From NCBI GenBank assembly GCA_963823665.1, contig CAWGMQ010000008.1, positions 480,001 through 544,000 of the forward strand: a stretch of 64,000 nucleotides of DNA, read 5' to 3'. Each line of letters starts with the position of its first letter. Position 1 is the stretch's first letter. Under the pieces are notes generated by a model that was given only the letters and a program-made list of their open reading frames with translations, ran no database searches and was not told the origin of the DNA. The stretch is from an uncultured Planctomycetota bacterium (GTDB lineage Bacteria > Planctomycetota > Planctomycetia > Isosphaerales > Isosphaeraceae). A program made the translations under genes and the position numbers. Shown here one piece after another: positions 32,003 to 41,381 of this stretch.

Positions 32003-32596
32003 TCAATTCTGAAACGCGGCGCGGAGCGCGGGCATGCTCTTCACGCGATCGATCGCGCGCGCGAGCCTTCTGCGCAAGGCCTCGGCGCCTTCGCCGAGCT
32101 GGTCTGCGATCGCCGGCCACGTGTGGCCGTCGAGCCTTCGTTGCAGAATATCCAGCTCGGAATCCGTGAAGTAATTGACGACGGTTTCCACCAGGTCCTT
32201 GTCATCCACGGTCTTTTCGGGGCCGGGCCCGGAGTCGGCTTGATCGAGCGGGGCGTCTCCGTCGAAGAGCTCCCGGAGGATGACGCTGAGCCGCCGGCTC
32301 TCCGCGCCGATCTTGAACCGGCTCATCACACGTAAGAGCCTTTCGACCTGATCAGGACGCCTGAGCTCGAACCGGCCGTCGCGAAGCCCAAGGAAGAGGC
32401 TGGCGAGCACCGACTGGCAGACGTCTGAAGACCCCATACGCGCACGAATCACCGGGAAATTGCGGCGCTTGCGCATGGCGAATCGGACGTAGCGAAGGAT
32501 GAACGGCTCGAACATCCGCGCCAGCTCGTCGGCGGCATCCTGGTTGCCGGCGCGGACCCGGTCAACGAGATCTTCGAACGGATCTTCCGGTGGCAT
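32003..32596 (-). CDS. ECF-type RNA polymerase sigma factor (planctomycete kinase-associated type)
   Basis: LVDRVRAGNQDAADEL, SSDVCQSV...F, region 4 GHTWPAIADQLG...RRRLAR; directly upstream of the kinase. Confidence 0.85.
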   Translation of the reverse strand: MPPEDPFEDLVDRVRAGNQDAADELARMFEPFILRYVRFAMRKRRNFPVIRARMGSSDVCQSVLASLFLGLRDGRFELRRPDQVERLLRVMSRFKIGAESRRLSVILRELFDGDAPLDQADSGPGPEKTVDDKDLVETVVNYFTDSELDILQRRLDGHTWPAIADQLGEGAEALRRRLARAIDRVKSMPALRAAFQN

Positions 32597-33326
32597 CGAC
32601 GACTCCACGACGAGGTGCGTTCGTGCTGAGCGGATCGGGTGTCTCAGCGTTCCAAACAGCGGCTAACCGAACAGCGGAACGAACCCGCACCAACGCGCTA
32701 TTGGAACGCGTGTTGAGATGCCGGGTCAAGAGGCTTGAAGGGATGGGCGGAGGCTCTGCGCCCAAGCCTGCCCAAGGCCATCTTTCGCTTCAACGCCGAA
32801 GGGGGAAGCTTCCCGATGTGGCAGCCGACCCATCCGCCGCCGAAACCGGCACATCCCCCACGGAGGGTGGCGGGGCCGGGGGGGTGCATTCCGGTCGCCA
32901 TCGGCACAAAGCCATCGCACAACACGAAACGCCGAGAGGATTTCTTATCTTCCATCTCGGAATCCACTTCACGCATCACTCAGGTCCACCTCGGTTAAAT
33001 ATAGTGAACAAAACCCGCGAGCCACCACGGTGGTTTGGTGCGTACAGCGCCACGATGGAGTGAAAGAGCCGGAACGCCCGGGGTCGAATTCCGAACCACC
33101 TGTGGCGTTCGGATTTGCGGAACGACCGCCTCGCCCTTGAACAGCCGGTGCCCACTTCGAAGCGTGGCGGAAAGTGGCGGATTCTGAAGCTTTTTCAAGC
33201 ATCTGTGCAGTAGTGTAAATCCCGCCCTACTCGCGGAGGAGGAAGTGCCACGGCAGGCGACGCTGGATGTCGAGCCATGGGCCGAACTCGAAGCCGAAAA
33301 CTCGCCCGCGCGCACCTGCCGTTGGC

Positions 33327-36035
33327 TCAGAAACCCCACCGCGCGGCCCTTGACCTGTCCCACGCCGAATCCCAGTCGGCCGCGCCCCGCAAGAGCCAAG
33401 GCAAGCTCGGCTTCGGCAGATCGATCTGCATTTCGCATTGGATTGCGCTCCCTGAGTTAATTGTGAACACGCGGCAGCATTCCTCCCCCCTCGTCGGGGG
33501 GTGCCGCGTCCGGCGGCGGAGGGGGGTTCGCGCACTGGAACGGCTCCGCCGCAGCCCCGTCCGGCGGTGGAGGGCGGTTCGCGCAAGGTGCAGCCTCCGC
33601 CGCAGGTTCCCGCGCACTGCTGACTTGCGCCAGAGATTCCACGGTAGCCGGTGAAGATGGATCCGCGCACCCCGTCGACTCCACGGCACCCGCCAGTTTG
33701 TCGACCTCCGCCCGGACGCTGATTTCCTCCGGCCCTCGCCTGATCGCGCACCCTCAGGCTCTTGCTGCTGCCTGGATCTGATCCACGCTTGCCGGATCAC
33801 CTCCCAGCGCGCAGCCTCCTCCAGATTCCTCCCCAATCGTCGTGGAGGCGCCGCCGCAGACGGCGGCGGGGGATTCGCACGCGGCCGACATCCCGCCACC
33901 GCCGCCGCAGGGTCCTCCGAACCTCTCCCCCTCTCCCCGCGGGAGACGGCCGGGGTGAGGGTCTCCGCCGAAGCCGTGCGACTCAACATATCGGCGCGCT
34001 CCGCGCCCAACGAGCGCTGTTCGTCCCCGATCTCACCGAGATCTCGATCTTGGTCGGACCTCAAATCTGGACCTTCCTCTCCTTCCCTCCCGCACGCCGG
34101 CCTTGGGTTCGTTCGTAACGTGTCAAGTCCCGAAATCGCGTCCGAATTCGCCACAACCTCAACATTCTCTTCATTTTGTGTTGTGGTCACATCTCGACCC
34201 GGTTTAGGTTCGTTCGTCAGGAATTCCTCCCCCCTTGCAGCGGAGGTGCCATCGCAGGCGGCGGTGGGGGGCAGCCGCACAGGACCGCCATCCCCGACTA
34301 CTGCAGCGACTCCGTACAACCCATCACTGGCAACTCCGACGTCCCCGCGTCGGGCGTCACCTTCAACGCCAGTGTCCCCGTCCTGGGCGTCAACTTCGAC
34401 ACCGGCGTCCCAATCTTGGGTCTCACCGCCAGCACCAACGTGCCTTTCCGGCAGCAACCCCAGACACGCCACAACGTCCGAGTCCTCGACCTCGACCAGC
34501 TTCCACCCTCTCTCCGCCCCGCCCAGAGTAGCAGGCTCACTCCCAGAGCCGCCCGCCGCCAGCGCCGTCGCCCCTTGATGCTGGTCCGCACCGGTCCCAA
34601 AAGTAGCAGGCTCACTCCGTGAGCCGCCCGCCGCCACCGCGGTCGCCCCCCGATTCTCGTCGGCCTCAGTCCCAACCGTAGCAGGCTCACTCCACAAGCC
34701 GCCCGCCGCCAGCGCTGCCGCCCCCCGACTATCGCCCGCCTCGGTCACAATCGTAGCAGGCTCACTCCGTGAGCCGCCCGCCGACAACCCTGTCGCCCCC
34801 CGACTCTCGTCCGCACCAGTCACAACAGTAACACGCTCACGCCGTGAGCCGCTCGCCGCCGAGCTCGGCGCCGGCGGAGACTCGTTCTTCGATCCACCCC
34901 CGTAACCATCGCTCAAACTCCGCTCTCGCCCCGCCGCCTTGCCCGCCGGTCCCATGCAATACTGATCAGTTTTCGTGCCGTAAGGCGGCGGCCTCCACGG
35001 CTCGATAGGCGCAGCCGTGGGTCGCCCACCCGTCAGCTTGTCGTACGCGGCGAGCCCTTGGCGAAGCGCGCGATCATATTTCAGTTCGTAGTCGTTCAGT
35101 TGTTTACCCTGCGGGCCCGTATCAAATCCCTCCCGGGCGACAACTCGCTCAGCTTCGGTGTCCGCGTTCGCTTCGTGCGTCTTCAAGATCTCTTCCAGCC
35201 TTTCGATATTCCGATCGACGATGTCGAGCAAGAGCTGTCGGCACTCCGCTTTATCCTCGAGCGCCGCCAGTTTGGGATTCCGTCCGGCCACCTCCTTGCA
35301 AAACACCGGGAGCTGAACCACGTCGAGATCGCTGTGCAACTCTCGGAACGGCTCCGGCTTCCCTGGCTCGAGCTTGGCGCTGGCATAGAAAATCGCGGCG
35401 CACGCTTCATCGAACCGCGCGTCAATCGGCTGATGCCCCAGCAGGCGAATGGCCTGGAACCGATCGGGAGCCTGCCAGAACTTCCCCGGCGCAAGCCCCG
35501 CGCGCAGCCCGTCCCAGGTCTCGAGCAGAAACGTCGTCCCCAGCTCTGTTGCTTCCAGTTCCCCGAGAATCTCCTGTGGCTTATCCGGCTCGACTGGCTG
35601 CCCGCTAAAGGAAGTCTTGACCTTGAGTTTAAAGTCCGGCTTCAGTCCATAGGTCTCCATGGATCCGCAGCGATTGAAAAAGAGGCGACTCCCCAGCGCG
35701 AGAACTTTCTCATGTTCTTTTTCGTCGGCTTGCTCGATGGCGCTGCGAAATCTTTCCGCGTCCGCACGCTCGATGCGTTCGATTTTCGATGCCACCGAGG
35801 CGCACCGCGAGATGAGAAATTCCTCCACATCATTCCGGGCATCTTTGCTGGCCATCCACTTGCGCCGGCGTTCCTCGTACGAGTAAGAAATGTCGTCCAT
35901 CAGAGCGATCCGCCTGGATCGTCTACCATGCTTGAGTGCATTCATGGATGCTCTAGCCCGCCCGGCAGGAGTGACTGGTCCCCGAGATTTCCGCCCATTC
36001 GCCTGGCTCGCTGCAATTCTCGCTTCGGAAGTCAT
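33327..36035 (-). CDS. Hypothetical protein, NAxKHG family, with long repeat/REP-derived tail
   Basis: MTSEARIAASQANGRKSRGPVTPAGRARASMNALKHG; conserved ~330-aa core homologous to 9106-10941; true C-terminal end uncertain. Confidence 0.7.
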   Translation of the reverse strand: MTSEARIAASQANGRKSRGPVTPAGRARASMNALKHGRRSRRIALMDDISYSYEERRRKWMASKDARNDVEEFLISRCASVASKIERIERADAERFRSAIEQADEKEHEKVLALGSRLFFNRCGSMETYGLKPDFKLKVKTSFSGQPVEPDKPQEILGELEATELGTTFLLETWDGLRAGLAPGKFWQAPDRFQAIRLLGHQPIDARFDEACAAIFYASAKLEPGKPEPFRELHSDLDVVQLPVFCKEVAGRNPKLAALEDKAECRQLLLDIVDRNIERLEEILKTHEANADTEAERVVAREGFDTGPQGKQLNDYELKYDRALRQGLAAYDKLTGGRPTAAPIEPWRPPPYGTKTDQYCMGPAGKAAGRERSLSDGYGGGSKNESPPAPSSAASGSRRERVTVVTGADESRGATGLSAGGSRSEPATIVTEAGDSRGAAALAAGGLWSEPATVGTEADENRGATAVAAGGSRSEPATFGTGADQHQGATALAAGGSGSEPATLGGAERGWKLVEVEDSDVVACLGLLPERHVGAGGETQDWDAGVEVDAQDGDTGVEGDARRGDVGVASDGLYGVAAVVGDGGPVRLPPTAACDGTSAARGEEFLTNEPKPGRDVTTTQNEENVEVVANSDAISGLDTLRTNPRPACGREGEEGPDLRSDQDRDLGEIGDEQRSLGAERADMLSRTASAETLTPAVSRGERGRGSEDPAAAVAGCRPRANPPPPSAAAPPRRLGRNLEEAARWEVIRQAWIRSRQQQEPEGARSGEGRRKSASGRRSTNWRVPWSRRGARIHLHRLPWNLWRKSAVRGNLRRRLHLARTALHRRTGLRRSRSSARTPLRRRTRHPPTRGEECCRVFTINSGSAIQCEMQIDLPKPSLPWLLRGAADWDSAWDRSRAARWGF
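33481..33525. repeat. REP-like element (TCCTCCCCCC...GGTGCCG...GGCGGCGGAGGGG)
   Basis: Related copies at about 34224-34270 and, inverted, at the ISAs1 target site (41709-41749 joined to 43037-43039). Confidence 0.6.
34528..34860. repeat. Five 75-bp tandem repeats with GTAGCAGGCTCACTCCGTGAGCCG core
   Basis: GTA starts at 34528, 34603, 34678, 34753, 34828; in frame in the minus-strand ORF (25-aa GSRSEPAT... units). Confidence 0.9.
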
Positions 36036-36564
36036 GATCGTTTCCTCTTGGTCTTCGGGATGATCAAGCCTTGCCCGAGATCCCTCGCCAGCCCACGACT
36101 GACGACCGAGCAAGTCTCTTTAAACAGGACGATCTACAAAACGGTCAAATTTTTTGCGCCCGTTTCCCAAATTCGCAGAGTTTGTCCTGGGGTGGTCGCC
36201 GGATGCGCGGGTTGTGACGATGGCGGGAAATAATCGGTCAACCATGCTGCGAAAATTCCGCGTTCGCGAGCAACGCACCTGGCAGATTCAGACCGATTGG
36301 CGACGTCGCGCCGGCGTCGGAGGTCGCACAGCGCCGGCCTTTGACCAGCAGTATTTGGGCATGGTTCAAAGTAGGGCAGGCTTCAGCCTGACGATTTGCC
36401 CGCGCCGCGCAAACGAAAATGCCGCTCAGGGGACTGCGAAGCTCCAGCGGAGGGTCACACACGATTGTTGGGCGCGGGTCTCCCGACCCCGCCCTCCTCA
36501 CCAACCGCAGGTCTCCAGCGGGCAGATCCGCCAATCGAAGATCGTCGCAGCAGGTGCACAGGTA

Positions 36565-36713
36565 AAGATTTCAAGACACCCAGCGATTTGGCGAGATTGA
36601 GACAGGCATGGACGGATCACTCGGAGAGAATGGGTGTCTGGATGCGCCTCTTTCTGGCTGCGCCCTTCCCCGCACAGTTTCATCGTTGATTCCCGACGAA
36701 AAGGCGGGTGTCC
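36565..36713. repeat. ~130-145-bp dispersed repeat, copy 1 (GACACCC...GGGTGTC ends)
   Basis: TCAAGACACCCAGCG...CACTCGGAGAGAATGGGTGTC...GCTGCGCCCTTCCCCGCAC...CCCGACGAAAAGGCGGGTGTC; other copies at 37026-37152 and 41382-41510. Confidence 0.85.
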
Positions 36714-36744
36714 TGCCGCCCACGCCGCCATCGCCAAACCATCC

Positions 36745-37022
36745 GAGCCCCGCAGGGGCGAAATCTTAAAGCCCGGCGTGTCAACGCCGGGAATGATGGG
36801 TCCCCACGAAAGAAGCCCAGCCACGCAAGGGGCGACATCATAAAGCCCGGCGTGTTCAACTGCGGGGATGATGGGCCCCAATCAAAGAAGCCCAGCCCCG
36901 CAAGGGGCGAAATCATAAAGCCCGGCGTGTCAACGCCGGGAATGATGGGTCCCCACGAAAGAAGCCCAGCCACGCAAGGGGCGACATCATAAAGCCCGGC
37001 GTGTCAACGCCGGGGATGATGG
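36745..37022. repeat. Four ~74-bp tandem REP-like units with palindrome CCCGGCGTGTCAACGCCGGG
   Basis: AAAGCCCGGCGTG at 36768, 36842, 36917, 36991; each unit also has AGCC(C/A)CGCA(A)GGGGCGA. Confidence 0.9.
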
Positions 37023-37025
37023 ACG

Positions 37026-37152
37026 AAGATTCAAGACACCCAGCGTTTTGGCGAGTTTGAGGCAGCCATGGATGGACCACTCGGAGAGAATGTGTGTCCG
37101 GCTGCGCCCTTCCCCGCACGGTTTCATCTTTGATTCCCGACGAAAGGGTGGG
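37026..37152. repeat. Dispersed repeat copy 2, ending at the 3' end of the outer group II intron
   Basis: Matches 36565-36713 and 41382-41510. Confidence 0.85.
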
Positions 37153-37185
37153 GCCGGGTCGCCTTGGGGGATCGCTCCCCCAAGG

Positions 37186-39605
37186 GCCGGGTAAGGAGGT
37201 GACGTTACCGCCACCCCCTCCCCTCAGAACTGCACGTGAAAGTTTCCCTTCATGCAGCTCAAGCCTTCACGAACGCCCCTCGCAGGACGCGGCCGCTTTC
37301 GTCAGTCGTTCTTGGACATGGATCTGCCGATGACAGTTGGCATGCAACAACTCCAGGTTGTCGGCTGTGCCAGAACCGCCCCGGCTGCGCCAGATGCGAT
37401 GGTGGAGATGCAAGTCTTCCTCTGCGATCCGCAGCGGTTGACCACAGACCACGCATCGTCCCTCTTGTTCCTTCCATAAGTATTCGATCCGACCCCGACC
37501 TGCCAGCGTTTGGCTCAGTTGCCAACCCAGTCGTGCTTCCAGGTACAGTTCCCACTTCGGATCGTAGGGATTCACGTCGCTCCGGATCTTCACATAACGA
37601 ATGATCTTCACTTTGGCTGCTTCCATCAACTGGATCGGCCGGCCTTGGCCTTTCTGGTCAAACAGCGTACCGGTGAAGACCCAGTGGCGGTAACCGTCTT
37701 GCTGGAAGTATTTCTCCTTGATCCACCTCCGGCCTTTGTTCTGGTGCCGTCGTCGACACCAACGCCACAATTTCTGGAAAATCCGGTGATCCACGTACGT
37801 AAAAGTGCGCTTGCTCGCCGCGTAACGGTGGTACATGGTCCAGCCCTTGATCTGCTGATTCAAACGCCAGATCATCTCTCCTGCCGTTAGGCTGCCCGAG
37901 CCGTCGATCGTTTCCTGTATCTTGTTCAAGAACGTCTTCACGTTTCGCAAGGACGGCTTGGTGAACACCTTGCCGCAGCGATAGCGTCGCACATTCTGCC
38001 CCAAGAAATCGAAGCCATCCTCCACATGCGTGATCTGGGTTTTCTCGTGGGAAAGTTCCAAGCCGCGTTCCTTCAAGAAATGAGCCACGAGAGGTTGCAC
38101 TTGGTCACGGAGGAGTTCCTTTGAGATGCCCGTGATCAAGAAGTCATCCGCATAGCGGACCAGGTGGACTTTAAACTTCCGTTGTCGCCCGTGCTTCTCG
38201 GCGAACTGTTCCGCCAACAGCCGTTGCAGTCCATCCAGAGTCCAATTCGCCAGGACGGGTGAAATGATCCCGCCTTGAGGTGTTCCTTCCGTGGTGGCGA
38301 ACCAGGCGTGCTTCTCCAGGAAACCCACTTTCAGCCATTGCCCGAGCAACTGCCGGTCCATGGGGACGTGCGTCAAGAGCCAGTCATGACTGATGCGATC
38401 AAAGCAAGCTTTGATGTCCCCTTCGAGAATCCATGCTGGACCGCTCCGATTACCCAAGACAATATGAGATTGTTCCAGGGCGTCGGCACAACGACGTTCC
38501 AGCCGAAAGCCATAGGAATGGCCGTCGGCTCGAGATTCCGCAATGGGATCGAGGCCTAGCAAGTATAATGCCTGCATGGCTCGATCTGACATGGTGGGAA
38601 TTCCGAGAGGACGTCGCTTGCCGTTGCTTTTGGGAATGTACACCCGGCGGAGCGGTTGCGGTTGGTAACCGTGCCGACGCAGAGTGCTGAAAGCAGCCGA
38701 CTTGGCTTCCGGTGTGTTCCAGAGAACTCCGTCCACACCGGGAGTCTTCGCACCCGAATTACTGATGACTCGCAAAATGGCCAGGGCCCGGCCACTGAAC
38801 GAGTGCGTGAGCAGATAAACCAGAGCCTTGACCTTATTCCATCTGCCCTCCGCAACAGCCTTCACGATACGCGCCTGGAGCCGACGGACTGTGCGCCAGA
38901 CTTTCTTCCATTCGATGGAGTGCCAGTCGGGCGTAAGCTCGGGAGCCGCACCAGCAAGCATTTCTGCCGCCGACATATCTGCTTGTCTCCCTGAGTCGGT
39001 TGGCCAAGGTTCTCTCGTGACGGAACACCTGAGGGAAGTCGGCACCGCTTTCGCGGTGAGGGGATGTCGTCCGTGGGAGGACTCACCCTCTATCCGATCG
39101 ACTACCGAACGGCATTGGCTTGCTCCCTCATCCTCCACCCGCCGCCCCATCGGCGACGCCTTACGACGGTCCTACCCCGAAGGGAGGGCGACGGGCTTAC
39201 CACGTTCCACGGATGAATCACGGATGGTTTAGGCTCTGCCTCTCCGCCGGTGGCTCGGATGACGACGACAGGGGATGGGAAATCCCACTGTACCTGGCCA
39301 CGTACCTTTTTGGTTCAAGCCTCTCAGCGCCTTTGGCTTGTTGGATCTCACGACGTTTATCGGCAGTTCACCTGGATTAGCCATGCCATCCACCCCTGGC
39401 CCCCGACCGCATTGGCGTTCGCAGTCGCCGGATTCCCTCACGGGATATCCAACCACCCGAAGGTGAGGTTACGTTGTCCCAAGAGCTTCGCACGGTCGGA
39501 TTGCTCCGGCCGCACGTCCTGGTAGGGTTCCGGTGGTCGTACATCGGGTTATGTCCTGGTTGCAAATCCAGTCATAACAGACTCATCCGCAGCTTCGTTT
39601 CGCGA
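37186..39605 (-). mobile_element. RT-encoding group II intron (IIB, chloroplast-like class), inner intron
   Basis: 5' TCGCGAAACGAAGC; GGAACGTGGTAAGCCC; domain V GAGCTGCATGAAGGGAAACTTTCACGTGCAGTTC directly after the RT stop; domain VI ending CCTTACCCGGC. Confidence 0.92.
37267..38976 (-). CDS. ltrA: Group II intron reverse transcriptase/maturase with HNH endonuclease
   Basis: WHSIEW...RRLQARI N-terminal domain, [32 protein letters not shown], domain X GWTMYH, C-terminal CxxC...HH...[10 protein letters not shown]. Confidence 0.96.
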   Translation of the reverse strand: MSAAEMLAGAAPELTPDWHSIEWKKVWRTVRRLQARIVKAVAEGRWNKVKALVYLLTHSFSGRALAILRVISNSGAKTPGVDGVLWNTPEAKSAAFSTLRRHGYQPQPLRRVYIPKSNGKRRPLGIPTMSDRAMQALYLLGLDPIAESRADGHSYGFRLERRCADALEQSHIVLGNRSGPAWILEGDIKACFDRISHDWLLTHVPMDRQLLGQWLKVGFLEKHAWFATTEGTPQGGIISPVLANWTLDGLQRLLAEQFAEKHGRQRKFKVHLVRYADDFLITGISKELLRDQVQPLVAHFLKERGLELSHEKTQITHVEDGFDFLGQNVRRYRCGKVFTKPSLRNVKTFLNKIQETIDGSGSLTAGEMIWRLNQQIKGWTMYHRYAASKRTFTYVDHRIFQKLWRWCRRRHQNKGRRWIKEKYFQQDGYRHWVFTGTLFDQKGQGRPIQLMEAAKVKIIRYVKIRSDVNPYDPKWELYLEARLGWQLSQTLAGRGRIEYLWKEQEGRCVVCGQPLRIAEEDLHLHHRIWRSRGGSGTADNLELLHANCHRQIHVQERLTKAAASCEGRS

Positions 39606-40379
39606 TTCCCACAGATCCGGACTTGCCCGTCGAAGAGGCATCCGGCTCGTCACGTTGGGGAATCACTGTCCCTCACACGACTAGGTCGTTTCGCGGTGAC
39701 ACGCTGGTGAGGCACGGTGTCCTAGCGTGGTTCCAACTTCCCATCCACAAGGCGGTGCCCCCTTCGCTCCACAGGGTCCGGAGGGCCGTTCCCCCGCTTC
39801 AACACTACTATGGGGCACTCCGACTCCTTGCCGTCCATCTCGCCGCACTTCGTTTCCTTCGCTTGGCGATACCATCGTTCGTCCCCTGTTCGTCCCCACC
39901 AGCTCGGGACAGAGCTGTGGATCAACCTGGAGTTGGTAAGCCGGTGCGCCAGCCGGCCGTCACGATGGAGACGCCAAGGTCTCCCAAGTTCCCGGGGAAC
40001 CCTTGTGATCATCCGCCATGTTCCTCCGACCCCGGCGTGACCAAGCAGGCTTGAGTGGACCAAGAGTTAGTTGCCTGGCGCGGCCCCCGCGGGCGTCCAA
40101 GACGAGGGCTCACAACGACGAAATTTCGGGGCTCAATCACACAGCGTTTGATCTCGCTGTCTACGCTTCGCAGTGGAGGTCACCCGCCACCACGCAAGAC
40201 TCGCTGCCGGCTGCTGGTCCAGCTTTGCCGGACGGGATTGGTTACCCGCAGAGTTCCGATAAAAGGTTTCACATTTGAGGTGATCCTCCTTTTCCGAGCT
40301 TCTTGGCGCAAGGACGCAGCTAGTTTGGCTACAAGCCTGAGAGTGCTCGGAGACAATCTCCGCCGAGCCGACAAGCGCA

Positions 40380-41267
40380 TCAAGACGTGAGCTTCTTGCG
40401 AAACGCCGCCAGGCTCCGGCACGTGGCGGCGTGCTCGATCAAGTCCTTCATCCGCGCATCGTCGGCGATCGCCATGATCTCTGTCTCGAGCGCTTCAGCT
40501 TGGGTGCCAAACCGCCGTATCAGAAACGTCATGAGTGATTCGATTTCCCCTTCGCGCTTCCCTTCGCGCTTCCCTTCGCGCTTCCCCTCTTCGGTCCATT
40601 CTTTCTTGAGTTCTTGAAGTAACGGCGATTCGATCATGGCTTGTCGCCCTCCCAGGATCTCGAACAACGCCTCGTCATTATACCGCAAGCGTGCCAGGAA
40701 TTGAGTCACTGCGAGCAGATTTTCCTTCTCGACGCGCGAGCCGACTTTGTCAATGCGAGCTCGGCATTCGCGGATGATCGGCTCAGGTGGTCCATCGAAC
40801 TGCGCCAGCGGCACCCACGGAACCACACCGATATCGCCGGTCGCCAGTAGGTCGCCGGCCGGCACTTCCCACAGCTTGACGATGCGCCATGACGCATCCC
40901 ACGTCGTACAGCCCTGGCGGCTCTTCAACTTGATGGTTTCCGCCGGCAGGACATTTCCCTTGGGGTAGAGAAACAGGACCACGACCTCCGGAAGTACATG
41001 TCGCCCCAGCCATGAGAGCGCGATGTCGTCCATTACCTGACTCGTGACGCGTGCTTCGGGGTAAGTGGCAATTTCCAGGAGATACGTGTCGAGCTCGTCT
41101 TCGCCGAGGTGTAGCACCTCGATCAGCCCATCGGGAAGCCGCCGGTGCTGGACGAGCTCGGCCTGCACCGGCTTCCACGATGAGATGGCCCGCACACGCG
41201 CCATGCGAAGAATCGAGTCGCCGTAGTGCTGGATCTGGTACTTTCCGCACTTGTCATATTCGTGCAT
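40380..41267 (-). CDS. Rpn/YhgA-like PD-(D/E)xK protein (putative recombination-promoting nuclease)
   Basis: YD start, LPDGLIEV...LLEIATY, VKLWEVP, VPWVPL, MIESPLL, (EGKR)3 coiled tail and RRFG C-terminal domain. Confidence 0.65.
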   Translation of the reverse strand: MHEYDKCGKYQIQHYGDSILRMARVRAISSWKPVQAELVQHRRLPDGLIEVLHLGEDELDTYLLEIATYPEARVTSQVMDDIALSWLGRHVLPEVVVLFLYPKGNVLPAETIKLKSRQGCTTWDASWRIVKLWEVPAGDLLATGDIGVVPWVPLAQFDGPPEPIIRECRARIDKVGSRVEKENLLAVTQFLARLRYNDEALFEILGGRQAMIESPLLQELKKEWTEEGKREGKREGKREGEIESLMTFLIRRFGTQAEALETEIMAIADDARMKDLIEHAATCRSLAAFRKKLTS

Positions 41268-41381
41268 GGCAGTTGCAAACGGGTTGCGGACAGTCGTCGG
41301 TTGTTACTGGCAGTCATCGGCTCGTCTATCCTTCAGCGTTTCGAGCCCAGCCGCAATTGGGCCGGACCTACAAAGCCTCGG

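Larger units (their letters stand above)
37153..40311 (-). mobile_element. ORF-less group II intron (outer intron of a twintron): 40311-39606 plus 37185-37153
   Basis: 5' end TTGCGCCAAGAAG; domain I-like GCGAAGCGTAGACAG, GATTGAGCCCCGAAA, GGAACTTGGGAGACC; GGAGTCGGAGTGCCCCATAGTA; short domain IV; domain V GAGCCGGATGCCTCTTCGACGGGCAAGTCCGGATC; domain VI CCTTGGGGGAGCGATCCCCCAAGGCGACCCGGC lies beyond the inner intron. Confidence 0.85.

Noticed and set aside
33000..33200. Riboswitch or ncRNA upstream of the ECF gene
   Set aside because: A hairpin (TCCGAAC...GTTCGGA) is present but I recognise no family consensus; it needs an Rfam search.
34528..34860. CRISPR-like array (33-bp repeat + 42-bp spacer)
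   Set aside because: The spacers are homologous to each other, the period is an exact multiple of 3 inside an ORF, and no cas genes are present.
36745..37022. CRISPR array of palindromic repeats
   Set aside because: Whole ~74-bp units repeat, including the would-be spacers (units 1 and 3 nearly identical); this is a REP-type tandem array.
37267..38976. RT as part of a DGR, retron or CRISPR-RT system
   Set aside because: It has domain X and HNH and is embedded in a complete group II ribozyme; I found no TR/VR pair with adenine-specific differences.
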